A DNA stretch of 64,000 bases from Octopus sinensis (Eukaryota): NCBI RefSeq assembly GCF_006345805.1, contig NC_043023.1:10788001-10852000 (forward strand). Reading direction: 5' to 3'. The notes beneath the pieces were generated by a model. The model was not told the DNA's origin and ran no database searches. It saw only the letters and a list, made by a program, of their open reading frames with translations. Shown piece by piece: positions 23,491 to 35,324 of the stretch. Positions within the stretch are counted from its first letter, which is position 1. Each line of letters begins with the position of its first letter. Both the position numbers and the translations under genes were made by a program.

Positions 23491-24462
23491 ATAGATGTAA
23501 ATATCAATAAGAATTTGGCTTCCCAACTGCATGGTTCCAAGTTCAGTCCTATTACATATCACCTTGGGCAGATGACTTCTACTATAGCTGAGGCTGACCA
23601 AAGCCTTGTGAATGGATTTAGTAGACAGCAACTGAAATTAGCCTCTCATGTGTATATATATATATATATATATATTCGCCATGATAGATCGGTAGCCACT
23701 ACACACATTTTTTTTATTTCCTTGTTTCTTTTTGTGTTCCTTTCTGTGGAAGAGCGTAGGCTCGAAATGTTAAAGACTTTTTCAATTCCCGAGCGTTATA
23801 CTAATACATCTGTTTGTTTTCTACACCACCTGTCTTCGTCTTTTGTTTTTTTTGTGAATTCTCCCTATATATATATAGGGAAATATATATAATATTTTCA
23901 TTCTACAAATTACACAGCCCAAGTGAAATCGAGAGGAAAATCAGTGAAAAGAATTTTATTGATAAATTCGAACCGAAGCTAAATAAGCAATAATAATAAT
24001 ACTTAGAGGTACTACTTCTACTGCTACGACCGTGACCACTAACAACAACAACAATACTAAAGGTGATCAAGATGAAGATAGCAGGAAAATTATCTTATTT
24101 AGGGTTAAAAGTTCTATTACCACCACCATCACCACTAGCAACAATAATTAAGGTGCTGACAATGATGATGATGACAATTGAAATATAGAAATCCCTGACA
24201 AAGGCTATTTACAACATTTCTAAAAATAGCCCAACAATTGCTGCCTCTGTCAGGGTTAAGATACAGGACTCTTGACATGTTTAACAAAGCGTGACGTGTA
24301 AACCAATCAGCTTAAGTAATTGAGTGATACTACACACTGATTGGTCAGAATACAGTTTGCAAAACCTAGCAATCTGGAGCCTACACAGCTGTATTTAAGG
24401 CACAGATTTAATCATCTCGCTACAGTCAAAAATTGTGAAGCATAACTGTCACCACTACTACA

Positions 24463-24507
24463 TGAACCTGAAGATTGCTGAATTTAATGCATGAAAGTAC
24501 TAGTTCA
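24463..24507 (+). ncRNA. Minimal type I hammerhead-like motif in a Penelope-like terminal repeat (~24330-24590)
   Basis: UGAAC-CUGAAGA-UUGC...GCAU-GAAAGUACUA-GUUCA: 5-bp stem I, CUGAAGA/GAAA core, palindromic AGUACU stem III, CUA triplet; stem II is weak. Confidence 0.6.
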
Positions 24508-24819
24508 ATCAGAATGAACATTTAACATTCTATTATTTTATTATATTATCTTATATTATATCATTATAAGATTGTAAATAAAACATGAAAATCAGACAAT
24601 GTTGGAATCCCTTTTATTAATATATTCTTCTATACATAATCACACACACCCGTATATATATATTACAAATGTTGCTTTTCATGTTTTTCTTAATAAATCT
24701 GTTTACATTCTGAATATTGATATTTCAAAATACTTATCAAATTTGTTAATGCATGGCTGCACTTCATTGACTTAAATAGATGAAAGATGAAATAGTTTTC
24801 TATGTTTTCATTAGTATTA

Positions 24820-25635
24820 GGGAGATGTACTCGTATAGCAAGTGATTTGATCTGAGATCGTGTGCTGGAACGAAAACAATTGCAGCGTGGAAGGTGTTTG
24901 TAAGCCATTTAAGAAACACACAAAAGCTGTTCGATTCACTTCAACATTTAAATTTAATTTGTCAAAATATTTTCGTCGCTTTAAGACCGTGACCTGTTCA
25001 CTGACAAAATTCCATGCTATATATATATATATAAGTCGTAAGACACCTGCTGTTTTTGTCCTGTTATTACTATTATTGTTTTTTGTATTTATAGTCGTGT
25101 GGCATCGTCCGTTTTTCTGTCCTTGTTTCGTATACATTCTATCCTTTTTCCAAGAAATCTAATGCTCGTAGCTTAGTTTTTCCTTGGGACTGGCCGGATC
25201 GGAGCGATCTCAAGATTAATCAGCCGAAATTGCGAGGATGATCCAGTTCTTGACTGAAGATTAGAGGCTTCGAATGACCCGTCCGTTTTTTGTGTCGTCT
25301 ATTTAAGTGTTTTGCGTTCTTGTCCCATTTTTTATATATATATTACGGAGATGAACTCGCATAGCAAGTAATTTGATCTGAGAACGTATGCTGGAACGAA
25401 AACAATTGCAGCGTGGAAGGTGTTTATAAGCCATTTAAGAAACACACAAAAGCCGTTCGATTCACTTCAACATTTAAGTTTAATTTGTCGAAATATTTTT
25501 GTCAGTGAACAGTTCGCGGTCTTAAAGCAACGAAAATATTTCGACAAATTAAACTTAAATGTTGAAGTGAATCAAACGGCTTTTGTGTGTTTCTTAAATG
25601 GCTTACAAACACCTTCCACACTGCAATTGTTTGCA
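24820..25635. mobile_element. Fold-back/long-TIR element arms (24820-25018, 25345-25500 and inverted 25501-25632)
   Basis: ggagatg.actcg.atagcaag..atttgatctgaga... arm repeated directly and inverted; 25400-25632 is a long imperfect palindrome. Confidence 0.6.
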
Positions 25636-25641
25636 TTAGTA

Positions 25642-26207
25642 TTAGGTTGTCCGGAAAGTTCGTGCCGATTTATAGTAGCTTACCTTTCGACTTATTTTAG
25701 AACATGTTTGAGTCCATAAAATAGGATTTTACTACACCTCCATTTAGAGCACAGTTTATGCTATCTTTTCGTGAAAGAAGGTTTGTGATCCTATAACCTG
25801 TGTTAATTCTGTAAACCTTTAAAATGGAAGATAAAAAAGTTCATTTTCAGCACTTGATACTTTCGGAACCAGACAAAAATTGCTGCAGCTCGGCTGGGAT
25901 GTGTTACCCCAACCTCCATATTCACCAGATATTGCTCCTTCGGATTTCCACTTATTCAGGTCTCTGCAGAATAGTCTTAATGGTAAAAATTTCAATTCCT
26001 TGGAGGACGTAAAAAGATACCTTGATGAATTCTGTGCCATGAAACCACCTCAATTCTGGGAAGAGGGTATTTTCAAGTTAAAGGAAAGATGGAGACACAT
26101 TGTGCAACAAAATGGTTCATATTTGGTTGATTAAAAATGTAATGGCAAGTATTTATTGACCTTTTTCTTTCCTTTAAAAATCGGCATGAACTTTCCGGAC
26201 AATCCAA
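25642..26207 (+). mobile_element. Internally deleted mariner element with both TIRs and TA TSD
   Basis: 29-bp TIRs (ttaggttgtccggaaagttcgtgccgatt / aatcggcatgaactttccggacaatccaa) flanked by TA. Retains the transposase C-terminus with PPYSPDIAPSDFHLF (ORF 25880-26134). Confidence 0.92.
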
Positions 26208-26409
26208 TAATCTTTGTAATTTTATGAATACTGACATTTCAAAATATTCATCAAATTGGAATAAAGTAAAAGGAAGAATTAATTTGATGAAAAAAATGAA
26301 TATGGAGATTTGAGAAGAAAAATAAATTTTACAAGCAAAATAAGCTGTTCACATCCAATGCTAAATCATTCAAGAAAGAAATAAGGAAGGAGAAAGTAAC
26401 TGTTGAAGG

Positions 26410-27020
26410 CTCTACTTAGTGGGAGTGAACCCAGAACAATGTGGTTGGTAAGCAAGCTACTTATCACACAGCCACTCCTACAGCACGTTTATATAAATAT
26501 ATATATCTCTTTTACTCTTTTACTTGTTTCAGTCATTCGACTGCGGCCATACTGGAGCACCGCCTTTAGTCGAGCAAATTGACCCTGGACTTATTCCATC
26601 GGTCTCTTTTTGCCAAACCGCTAAGTTACGGGGACTTAAACACACCAGCATCGATTGTCAAGCAATGCTAGGGGTCAAACATATATACGACAGGCTTCTT
26701 TCAGTTTCCATCTCCCAAATCCACTCACAAGGCATTGGTCGGCCCAAGGCTATAGTAGAAGACACTTGCCCAAGATGCCACGCAGTGGGACTGAACCCGG
26801 AACCATGTGGTTGGTAAGCAAGCTACTTACCACACAGCTACTCCTGCACCTATATATATATATATATATGACAGGCTTCTTTCAGCTTCTATCTACCAAA
26901 TCCACTCGCAAGGGCTTTGGTTGGCCTGAGGCTATAGTAGGTGCCATGCAGTGGAATTGAACCTCTAAACATATTGTTGAGAACCAAACTGTTTACCACA
27001 CAGCTACTCCTGTACCTACA
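26410..27020 (-). mobile_element. SINE family B copies (tRNA-like head caggagtggctgtgtggtaagtagc, tail tgactgaaacaagtaaaagag)
   Basis: A-box/B-box-like head (tggctgtgtgg / ggttcagtccc). Same family at 31180-31540, 38095, 38740, 39400, 44067, 51066 and 54498. Confidence 0.75.
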
Positions 27021-27289
27021 TGTTCACCATTTTGTTTTTTTTCATTTCATATTAAATTGTAGTGTAGGTATTTTTAGAAAATTTCAAAAATTCCATAAAA
27101 AAAGGTACCCATATTTCTGAAAGTTATGAGGAAACAAAGCCAACTGGGAAAATTTTTCACTACAAATCCCGATATAATTGGAATTTGCACCATCTGAATC
27201 ATATATGTAGAAAGTTTCATTAAAAAATATCCATTTTTCTGGAAGTTATGAGGAAACAAAGTCAGGAGGGGGAAGACTTGTGATGGTAT

Positions 27290-27520
27290 TCCATCTAGCA
27301 GAATCGTTAGCACGTCGGGTGAAATGCTTAGCGGTATTTCGGCTGCCGTTACGTTGTGAGTTCAAATTCCGCCAAGGTCGACTTTGCCTTTCATCCTTTC
27401 GGGAGTCAATAAATTAAGTACCAGTTAAGCACTGGGGTCGATATAATCGACTTAATACCTATGTCTGTCCATGTTTGTCTCCTCTATGTTTAGCCCCTTG
27501 TGGGTAGTAAAGAAATAGGT
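27290..27520 (+). mobile_element. SINE family A monomer
   Basis: Head plus a single body. Confidence 0.75.
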
Positions 27521-28009
27521 ATTCCAGGTTACTGATGAGATGAGGATTTGGCCACAGAAAATGAAGTGACATCTGACCCCTGACCTATGCAAGTATGGAA
27601 ATGTAGGCATGATAATGATGATGATGATGATGATGATGATTCAGTGAATGTGAAATCTCATAATGAATCTGGGGAGCCAGGTTAAGAAATGCTGCAGAAT
27701 AAGAAAGGGTGAAAGTGCAAAGACACAACCAGTTAAGAATCAGGTCCACAAAGCTATCATGTTTTGGCTATACATGTGGGATGACGTCAGCAGCTGGGGA
27801 GCTGACCGGAAGGGGCAGCCGTGACGCGCGCGCAGCGAATGGGGCACTCTGCCTTTTCGACGGTCATCACGTTGTTAAGGTTGGGTGAAGCAGCTGCTAT
27901 CTCTAGCATTCGGGTCGGGCTATGTTGAAGGATCCGTTACCGCTGAAGGGTCTCCGTCTGAGCGAAGTGAAGGTAGGGTCCTTTATTTTGAATCTCTCGC
28001 ATACACCAC

Positions 28010-28960
28010 AATACAATGCATCAAAAGTCAGGGCCCGTGACCATCCTGCAAAGAAAGGTTATCAAGAAGAGAGCAGGAGGCTGTCAAAGACAATTATGGC
28101 CTGACAACATCAAAGAATGGAATGGAAACAAGTACCCGGTTGTATCACAACACTAAGGGAACTGGAAAATTATGGCAAGCTGACCCCTGGATACAGGGAA
28201 GGAACAACATCATCATCATCATTTAACGTCCGTTGTCCATGCTAGCATGGGTTGGACGGTTCGACCGGGGATCTGGGAAGCCAGAAGGCTGCACCAGGCT
28301 CCAGTCTTATCTAGCAGTGTTTCTACAGCTGGATGCCCTTCCTAACGCCAACCACTCCGTGAGTGTAGTGGGTGCTTTTTACGTGCCACCTGCACAGGTG
28401 CCAGGCGAGGCTGGCAACGGCCACGATCGGATTGGTGTATTTTATGTGCCACCGGCACGGAAGCCAGTCGAGGCGGCGCTGGCATCGGCCACGAGTAGGA
28501 TAGTGCTTTTTACGTACCACCAGACCAGGGATCCTGGCTGGTTCAATTCGATTTCGATTTTACTTGCCCCAACATGTCTTCGCAAGCATTATATCCACAC
28601 ACATTCAAAAAACTTCTTTCAGTTTTGGTTTACCAAATCCACTCTCGAGGCTTTGGTCAGCCCAAACCGGGAAATGCAGGGCAACAAATATTGCAATATT
28701 AGAAAAGCTAAAGGTGCAGAGACACCTTTAGTTGAGAATCAGTCCACAATGCTTTCATATTTGGAGTACGCAATGGACTATGTGTGACTACCCAAGACCA
28801 TCCTAACAAGGAAGTGTTGAGGGGAAGAGAACAAGAGGTCATCAAAGGCTTTTGCAGACTGACAGCAACAAAGAATGGACCGGAAACAAGTGTCCGGATA
28901 ATGGCATGGAATACAACACAAATGGCAAGCTGACTCCTGGATACAGGGAGGACACATACT
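28010..28960 (+). mobile_element. Two RTE-clade LINE ORF C-terminal/3' fragments (28010-28225, 28770-28960) around an RTE-tail repeat
   Basis: ILQRKVIKKRAGGCQRQLWPDNIKEW resembles the RTE pattern ILQG...R.RGR...W.DNIKEW. Confidence 0.6.
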
Positions 28961-28989
28961 TGAGAATATCCATACATATTCAAAAAGCT

Positions 28990-29480
28990 TCTTTTATATT
29001 TTTATTTCTTTATTGCCCACAAGGGGCTAAACAGATTAAGTCAATTATATCGACCCCAATGAGTAACTGGTACTTAATTTATTGACCCCGAAAGGATGAA
29101 AGGCAAAGTCGACCTCGGCGAAATTTGAACTCAGAACGTAGTGGCAGACGAAATACCTATTTTTTTACTACCCACAAGGGGCTAAACAAGGACAGACAAA
29201 CGGATTAAGTCGATTATATCGACCCCAGTGTGTAACTTGTACTTAATTTATCGACCCCGATAGGATGAAAAGCAAAGTCGACCTTGGTGGAATTTGAACT
29301 CAGAACATAATGGCAGAAGAAATATCTATTTCTTTACTGCCCACAAGGGGCTAAACACAGAGGGGACAAACAAGGACAGACAAACGGATTAAGTCGATTA
29401 CATCAACCCCAGTACGCAACTGGTACTTAATTTATCGACCCCGAAAGGATGAAAGGCAAAGTCGACCTTGGCAGAATTTG
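28990..29480 (-). mobile_element. SINE family A tandem bodies (3)
   Basis: Repeated gaccccgaaaggatgaaaggcaaagtcgacc. Confidence 0.75.
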
Positions 29481-29653
29481 AACGATTAGCCAAAAGTGCC
29501 ACACAGTAGGACTGAACCTGATATCTGATGGTTGGGAAGCAAGCTTGTTAACCATACAGCTGTCAGTTTCCTTGCATTGATTCATTAAGGCCCATCTTTC
29601 CTTTTTATTTCTGGTTGCAATGTTTTCAACAAACCCTGTCACTACTTCCCTCC

Positions 29654-31148
29654 ACAAGTCGGTTGGCTTGCGCCTCGGTACCTGGAGGAGCAAGTCGATA
29701 TCGTCCAGCGTCGTGGGACACTGGACGGATGGCCCTGTTAAGTTGCTAGGAGTCTGGTTTGGGCCAGACTCCCAAACGGAGAGGAACTGGAGTGAGGTGA
29801 CGAGCAAGGTGGAGGCCATAGTACGGACCTGGTCCGGAAGGTCTCTGTCCTTGAAAGGAAGGGCGGAGGTGGTGCAGATGTTCATTGCATCTGTAATCAC
29901 TTACCGCCTGACCGTTGTCCCTTGCCCCGGTTCATGGCTTAACAAGTTGGAGCGAATCCTTTTCCGCTTTTTGTGGAAGGAAGGAAAGCCACTTGTGAGG
30001 CGCTCCGTTTGCTGCCAGGAACCGTTAAAGGGTGGGTTAGGAATGCCTTGGCTGATGATGCGCAGACATGCGTTGAGGCTGAAGCATCTCTGGCACCACC
30101 TGGAGGGTGATAAGGTGTGGAGTCTGCTGGCTGGGAAATTTTTCCCGAGACTGGCCTCCTTAACGGATTTTAAACCCGGTCGCATCAAAAGATGGAAACT
30201 GACTTTATGGCAAAAGGAGTGCCGACAGGCACTCACGCTGATCCACAAGGCGGGCAAGGCCGGCTGCGGAAATACCACCTCGGTATTTTATAGAAGGCTG
30301 GTAGAGGCAAAGAACGACGACGTCCTAGGAGGGGCTCTGGGGTTTGACGAAGACCAGCTTACCAACCTGTTAAAAAGACTTTCAGGACGGGGTACTTGGA
30401 TAATTTCCAAAGATCCCTGGCCTGGCAGTGCTATAGAACGCTCTACCTGTTCGCGAGAGAAGTTATCGCGGCACGGAATTCCAGTGCCACCAACGTGTCC
30501 AAGGTGCGAGTTGGACGATGAAACCGTCCAGCATGCCTTTGTACACTGTCGGAAGTTGTCAGACTTGATAAGTTACGCAGAACACGTGTTATCGCATCTA
30601 GGACGAGTACAGCTGTCGGCTGAGTCTATGATTAAGATGATACCGCCAACTGGACTCTCGAGGAAGGTGAGGCATGTTTTCACTGTACGGTTGCAGTAGT
30701 AAAAGAATGCATGTGGAGAACAAGAATGGAAGGAGTCGCGATAGGATCCTTTGTCTCGGGCCCCGGCTGCTCACTTACTTCAGATATCATCTGAAGAGCA
30801 AAATGGGGCTGGAAAAGAGGAACTTACCACGAGGTGTGTATGAGAAAAGATGGAAGGAAGTGGAAAAAAAGGTGGGTGTCAGAAACCCAGCTTAACTATG
30901 GAGGGAGGAGAGGAAATAAAAGCTGCGGGGCCTTATAAATTGCCGGGGTTTGAAACTTCGGTAAGATCAAAAAGGTTATGAACTGTGATAAGATTCTATT
31001 GGTCACGTAAAGGATAATTTATAGACGAATTTTTTAATCCAAATGTTATGGAAAAATTTTTAAAATCGAACCTCTTAATTATTTGTTTTGCATGTATGTT
31101 ATGTATTTGTAATTCTATGTAAACGATTGTATAATCGTAATAAAGAAA
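29654..31148 (+). mobile_element. 5'-truncated L1/Tx1-clade LINE with 15-bp TSD
   Basis: ORF 29620-30699 shows the RT thumb region (KLLGVWF...SLKGR...GGLG) and a CCHC finger (CPRC...ETVQHAFVHC), with internal frameshifts. tcactacttccctcc at 29639-29653 and 31149-31163; aataaa at 31139. Confidence 0.9.
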
Positions 31149-31784
31149 TCACTACTTCCCTCCTGTAGATACAGTATTTGCTTATATTTAAGACAGGCAG
31201 GGTTCTGTGGTTAAGAAGATTGCTCAGTTACCCTGTGATCTGGGGTTCAGGCCTACTGAATGGCACCCTGAATATCTTCGGCTGTAGAGCCAGGCCAACC
31301 TGAGCCTTGGAAGACACTTGCCCAAGGTGCCATGCAGTGGGACTGAACCCGGAACCATGTGGTTGGTAAACAAGCTACTTACCACACAGCCACTCCTGTG
31401 CCTGTGAGTATGTGAGAGCATAAATGTAGGTATGGTTTCATGGTTAAGTCTGCTACCCAACTATGTGGTTTTAGGTTCAATCCTAGGGTGTGGCACCTTG
31501 GGTCAGCCCAAACCTTGTGAGTGGATTTAGAAGGTGGAAGAGAGTGTGTGTATGTGTCTCCACATCTTGACACATGTTTGTTGCAGACAGGTGTCATCTT
31601 TCTACATGTGGTGTTGTTTGTTTTCAATCTCCAATGGAAACGTGACCAACCACGAAGAAATATTACTTTGCATGTAAAACGTGTGATGGTTGGCAACAAG
31701 GAGGGCATCCAACCAAAGAAAACCTGTCTCAACAAATTCCATTTAACCCATGCCAACATGGAAAAGTGAACATTAAAACTCAAA

Positions 31785-32177
31785 TCTTTATATATAACAG
31801 TCAAGTTGTGTGAGTGTCTGTCTCCTACGATTTAGATTCCTAACTACTCCCACATTTTGCGGTGCAGTTTAACCAAAACCGGGTATCTTATAGTCGTGAT
31901 TCATATCGAGCCCTTCTGGGTATTAGCGCGCGTCTACGATGAGTCTACGATGTAAAAAAAAATTTACCATAATTTTTTTCCATTTTAATGCATTTTTTTC
32001 GCTATTACATAAGGGAAGTAACTCTCTATAAATGTCTACGATGAGTCAACGATTTTAAAAAAATTTACCATCATTTTTTTTTCCATTTTTAATGCATTTT
32101 TTTGGCTATAACTCTCTAAAAATGCTTATATAGTTACTTCCCTTACAAACCCGAGCAACGCCGGGCGATACTGCTAG
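31785..32177 (+). mobile_element. Non-autonomous Helitron-like element
   Basis: A|TC start; cccgagcaacgccggg hairpin, then CTAG|T. Confidence 0.65.
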
Positions 32178-32745
32178 TAGTTCATAATTCACAAATAAGA
32201 ATTTCCCAAATCTTTAATGAAGGTGTTTCTCCCAAAAGAGACTACATTCATAGATTACAAGAATTCAAAGACAATGGGGTTTTTTTTCTTTTTCCAACTT
32301 AATTCATCATGATGTATGTTCAACAATGCATGCATGGTGAACTCATGAGTTGAAATTTAAAAGAAAAAGATTGACAAAGACATCAAAGAGGTGAACAACA
32401 ATCTCCTTTATGAAACAAAAGGGACAGCATGGGAACCAAATGCTGGGATCCTCAAATGTTAACCAAAATTGTTTATATTATAAAGTGATAATTAAGTCAA
32501 GTTAATTAATTTCGATAAACACAGGCACCATTATTTGTTTATAAATTCTTAATTAAACTAAACATGTGGAATCAATGAATGTCTACAAAATTCCCAAGAT
32601 GTGCGGTTTTGTGTCGGTAAAATTCATTATAGAATAGTAATTAACTCTGTTTAATTAATCTCAGTACAATGATGATTTACTTGTAAATTGAGTGAATGCG
32701 GTTGGTCTCTTCCTTTTGTAGTGTGAGTCATTGTTTATAAACATA

Positions 32746-34588
32746 TCAGACAGCCTCTACCGAAGTGTCACAGTTATAAGGCTTAGCCTCTTCCAAAGTT
32801 TCACAGTTTGAAGGTTTAGCCTCTTCCAAAGTTTCACAATTTGACGGTTTAGCCTCTACCAAAGTTTCACAGTTTAAAGGCTTAGCCTCTACCAAAGTTT
32901 CACATTTTGAAGGCTTTGCCTCTACCAAAGTTCCACAGTTAAAAGGCTTAGCTTCTACCACAGTTTCAGAGTTAAAAGGCTTAGCCTCTACTGAAGTTCC
33001 ATAGTTAAAAGCCTTAGCCTTTACTGAAGTTTTATAGTTAAAAGGCTTAGGTTCTACCACAGTTTCAGAGTTAAAAGCCTTAGCTTCTACCGAAGTTCCA
33101 CAGTTAAAAGCCTTAGCTTCTACCGAAGTTCCACAGTTAAAAAGCTTAGCATCTACCGAAGTGTCACGGTTAAAAGCCTTAGCCTCTACCGAAGTTTCAT
33201 GGTTAAAAGGCTCAGGTTCTGCCGAAGTTCCATAGATAAAAGGCTTAGCTTCTACCGAAGTTTCATGCTTAAAAGGCTCAGGTTCTGCTGAAGTTCCATA
33301 GATAAAAGCCTTAGCTTCTACCGAAGTTTCATGCTTAAAAGGCTCAGGTTCTGCTGAAGTTCCATAGATAAAAGCCTTAGCTTCTGCCGAAGTGTCATGG
33401 TTAAAAGGTTTAGCTTCTACCACAGTTTTAAAGTTGAAAGCTTTCTCTTTAGCGTGTGTTTGTCTGTGTCTGTTTAGATTACTATTATCAACAAAAGATT
33501 TCCCGCACACTTCACAGTGATACGGTTTCAATCCCGAATGGCTACGAGTGTGAATAACAAGGCAAGAATTCTGAGTAAAGGATTTCCCACAGATGTCACA
33601 GTGGTATGGTTTCTCCCCCGTGTGGATTCGTCTGTGTCTGATTAAATCGCTGTTAGTACCAAACGCTTTCGCACACACTTCACAATGGAAGTTCTTTTCT
33701 CCAGTATGAATTCGTTTGTGTTTCGTCAAGACATTATTAGAGACAAAAGACTTCCAACAGATTTCACAGGGAAACAGTTTCTCTCCAGTGTGACTCCGTT
33801 TGTGGATCGTAACCTTAGAATTAGTAATGAATGCTTTTCCGCAGATTTCACAGGCAAACGGTTCTCTCCGGAATGGATCCGTTCGTGAATGACAAGATTA
33901 GCATGATCAAGAAGGTTTTCTCACAGATTTCACACTGAAAAAGCTTGGCATCCGTGTGGATCCGTTTATGTCTGTTTAAAACACTACTACAGATGAAAGA
34001 TTCACCGCACGTTTCGCAATGGTACGGTCTTTCGCCCGTATGAATCCGCTTGTGTCTGGTTAATTTACAATTTGAGACGAAAGACTTGAAGCAGATTTCA
34101 CAATGATACGGTTTTTCCCCCGTGTGGATTCGCCTATGTTTTGTTAAATTGCTGTTGGAAACAAAGGATTTATCACATATCTCACAGCGAAATAGTTTCT
34201 CCCCCGTATGGCTACGTATGTGGATAACAAGGTGAGAATTCTGAGTGAAGGATTTTTCACATATCTCGCAATGATACGGCTTTTCCCCTGTATGGATTCG
34301 TTGATGACTTATAAAATAACTGTTATATGCAAAATATTTCCCACATATTTCACAATGGAATGGTTTGTCCTTATTGTGTGCGTCTTTATGCGTGAAGAAA
34401 TCCTGTTCAGAATCGAAGGTTTTCCCACAAATCTCACAGCAATATTTTGGAATAGTTCCAATTATCGATGCTTGATTAATAAATAGTTCACTCCATAAAG
34501 GTTTCTCGTCTCTCTCTATCGATGTTGCTGAATCTACATCGGTAAAATCAGTTGTGGTAGAAGTGTCCAAGTCCTTAACGTCTTCCAT
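32746..34588 (-). CDS. C2H2 zinc-finger protein (gene 4), 12 fingers plus C-terminal 11-aa repeat domain; two apparent 1-bp deletions in this sequence
   Basis: ORFs 33848-34588 and 32746-33729 join into one finger array if one base is restored near 33910 (ttc tt gat) and one near 33862 (gag aa ccg). N-terminus is paralogous to gene 2. Confidence 0.8.
32749..33447 (-). repeat. Coding 33-bp minisatellite (~21 x EAKPFNCETSV-like)
   Basis: In-frame repeats with no stop; includes a 22-aa higher-order dimer ([22 protein letters not shown]) x3. Confidence 0.92.
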
Positions 34589-34771
34589 ATCAATTCTTCA
34601 GGAATCTGAGACAAAAATCTGAGAAATGTTTTAAAGAATTATTTCTTACGGTTTAGCTTTTTGTCGAGAATATTATCTGTTTCGGTTTACAAGTGTGGAA
34701 ATTATGCAATGTATATTTTTTTTTTCCAAATTCCACACATATATTTTTGTTACATTTTCTACATTATCATT

Positions 34772-34823
34772 ACGTCTTCCATATCAATTCTTCAGGAATC
34801 TGAGACAAAAATCTGAGAAATGT
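34772..34823 (-). promoter_or_regulatory. Exact 52-bp duplicate of the gene 4 acceptor + ATG, giving a 7-codon uORF
   Basis: Identical to 34578-34629; the upstream copy reads ATG GAA GAC GTA ATG ATA ATG TAG (34782-34759). Confidence 0.8.
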
Positions 34824-35324
34824 CAAGTATTATCTCAAATGGTTCAACTTTTAGTCGTGACTCGTAGATTTCGGTTCACAAGTGTGGGAATGATATATTT
34901 TTTACTGACCACAAGAGTTTTGTTCAGTCCTTTCCAATTTCCATACAAAAATATATTCTTGTAGGCGAAAAGACTTATAATTTCTGCATTATCAATACGG
35001 CAGTGTAAGATGAAAGAAAATGTGTATATGAACACATGTAGATGCCTAATAACTGATATGTATATATGTGTGCCTTAGTATGCGTGTATGTATGAATTTA
35101 TACTGTGCACTGCGGATGAAAGAAAAGTCCGTGTGTTCTGTTGTATTTCTTTTGTTTTGTTTTTTTGAATTGACAATCAACAGAAAAGTCAAGCAGGATC
35201 AGGAAACCTATTCCCTCATTCGTTGGTAATTAAAATGGGTCCTTCTCTGTCCTGGTCTTGAGTAAATAAATCAAGAAAAAACAAATTATGTGGTTTGAGG
35301 GTGAAATCATAAATCATAAAAAGG

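Noticed and set aside
24190-24256. Hammerhead-like double hairpin (ccctgaca...tgtcaggg)
   Set aside because: The core lacks CUGANGA and GAAA, and the stem I register does not fit.
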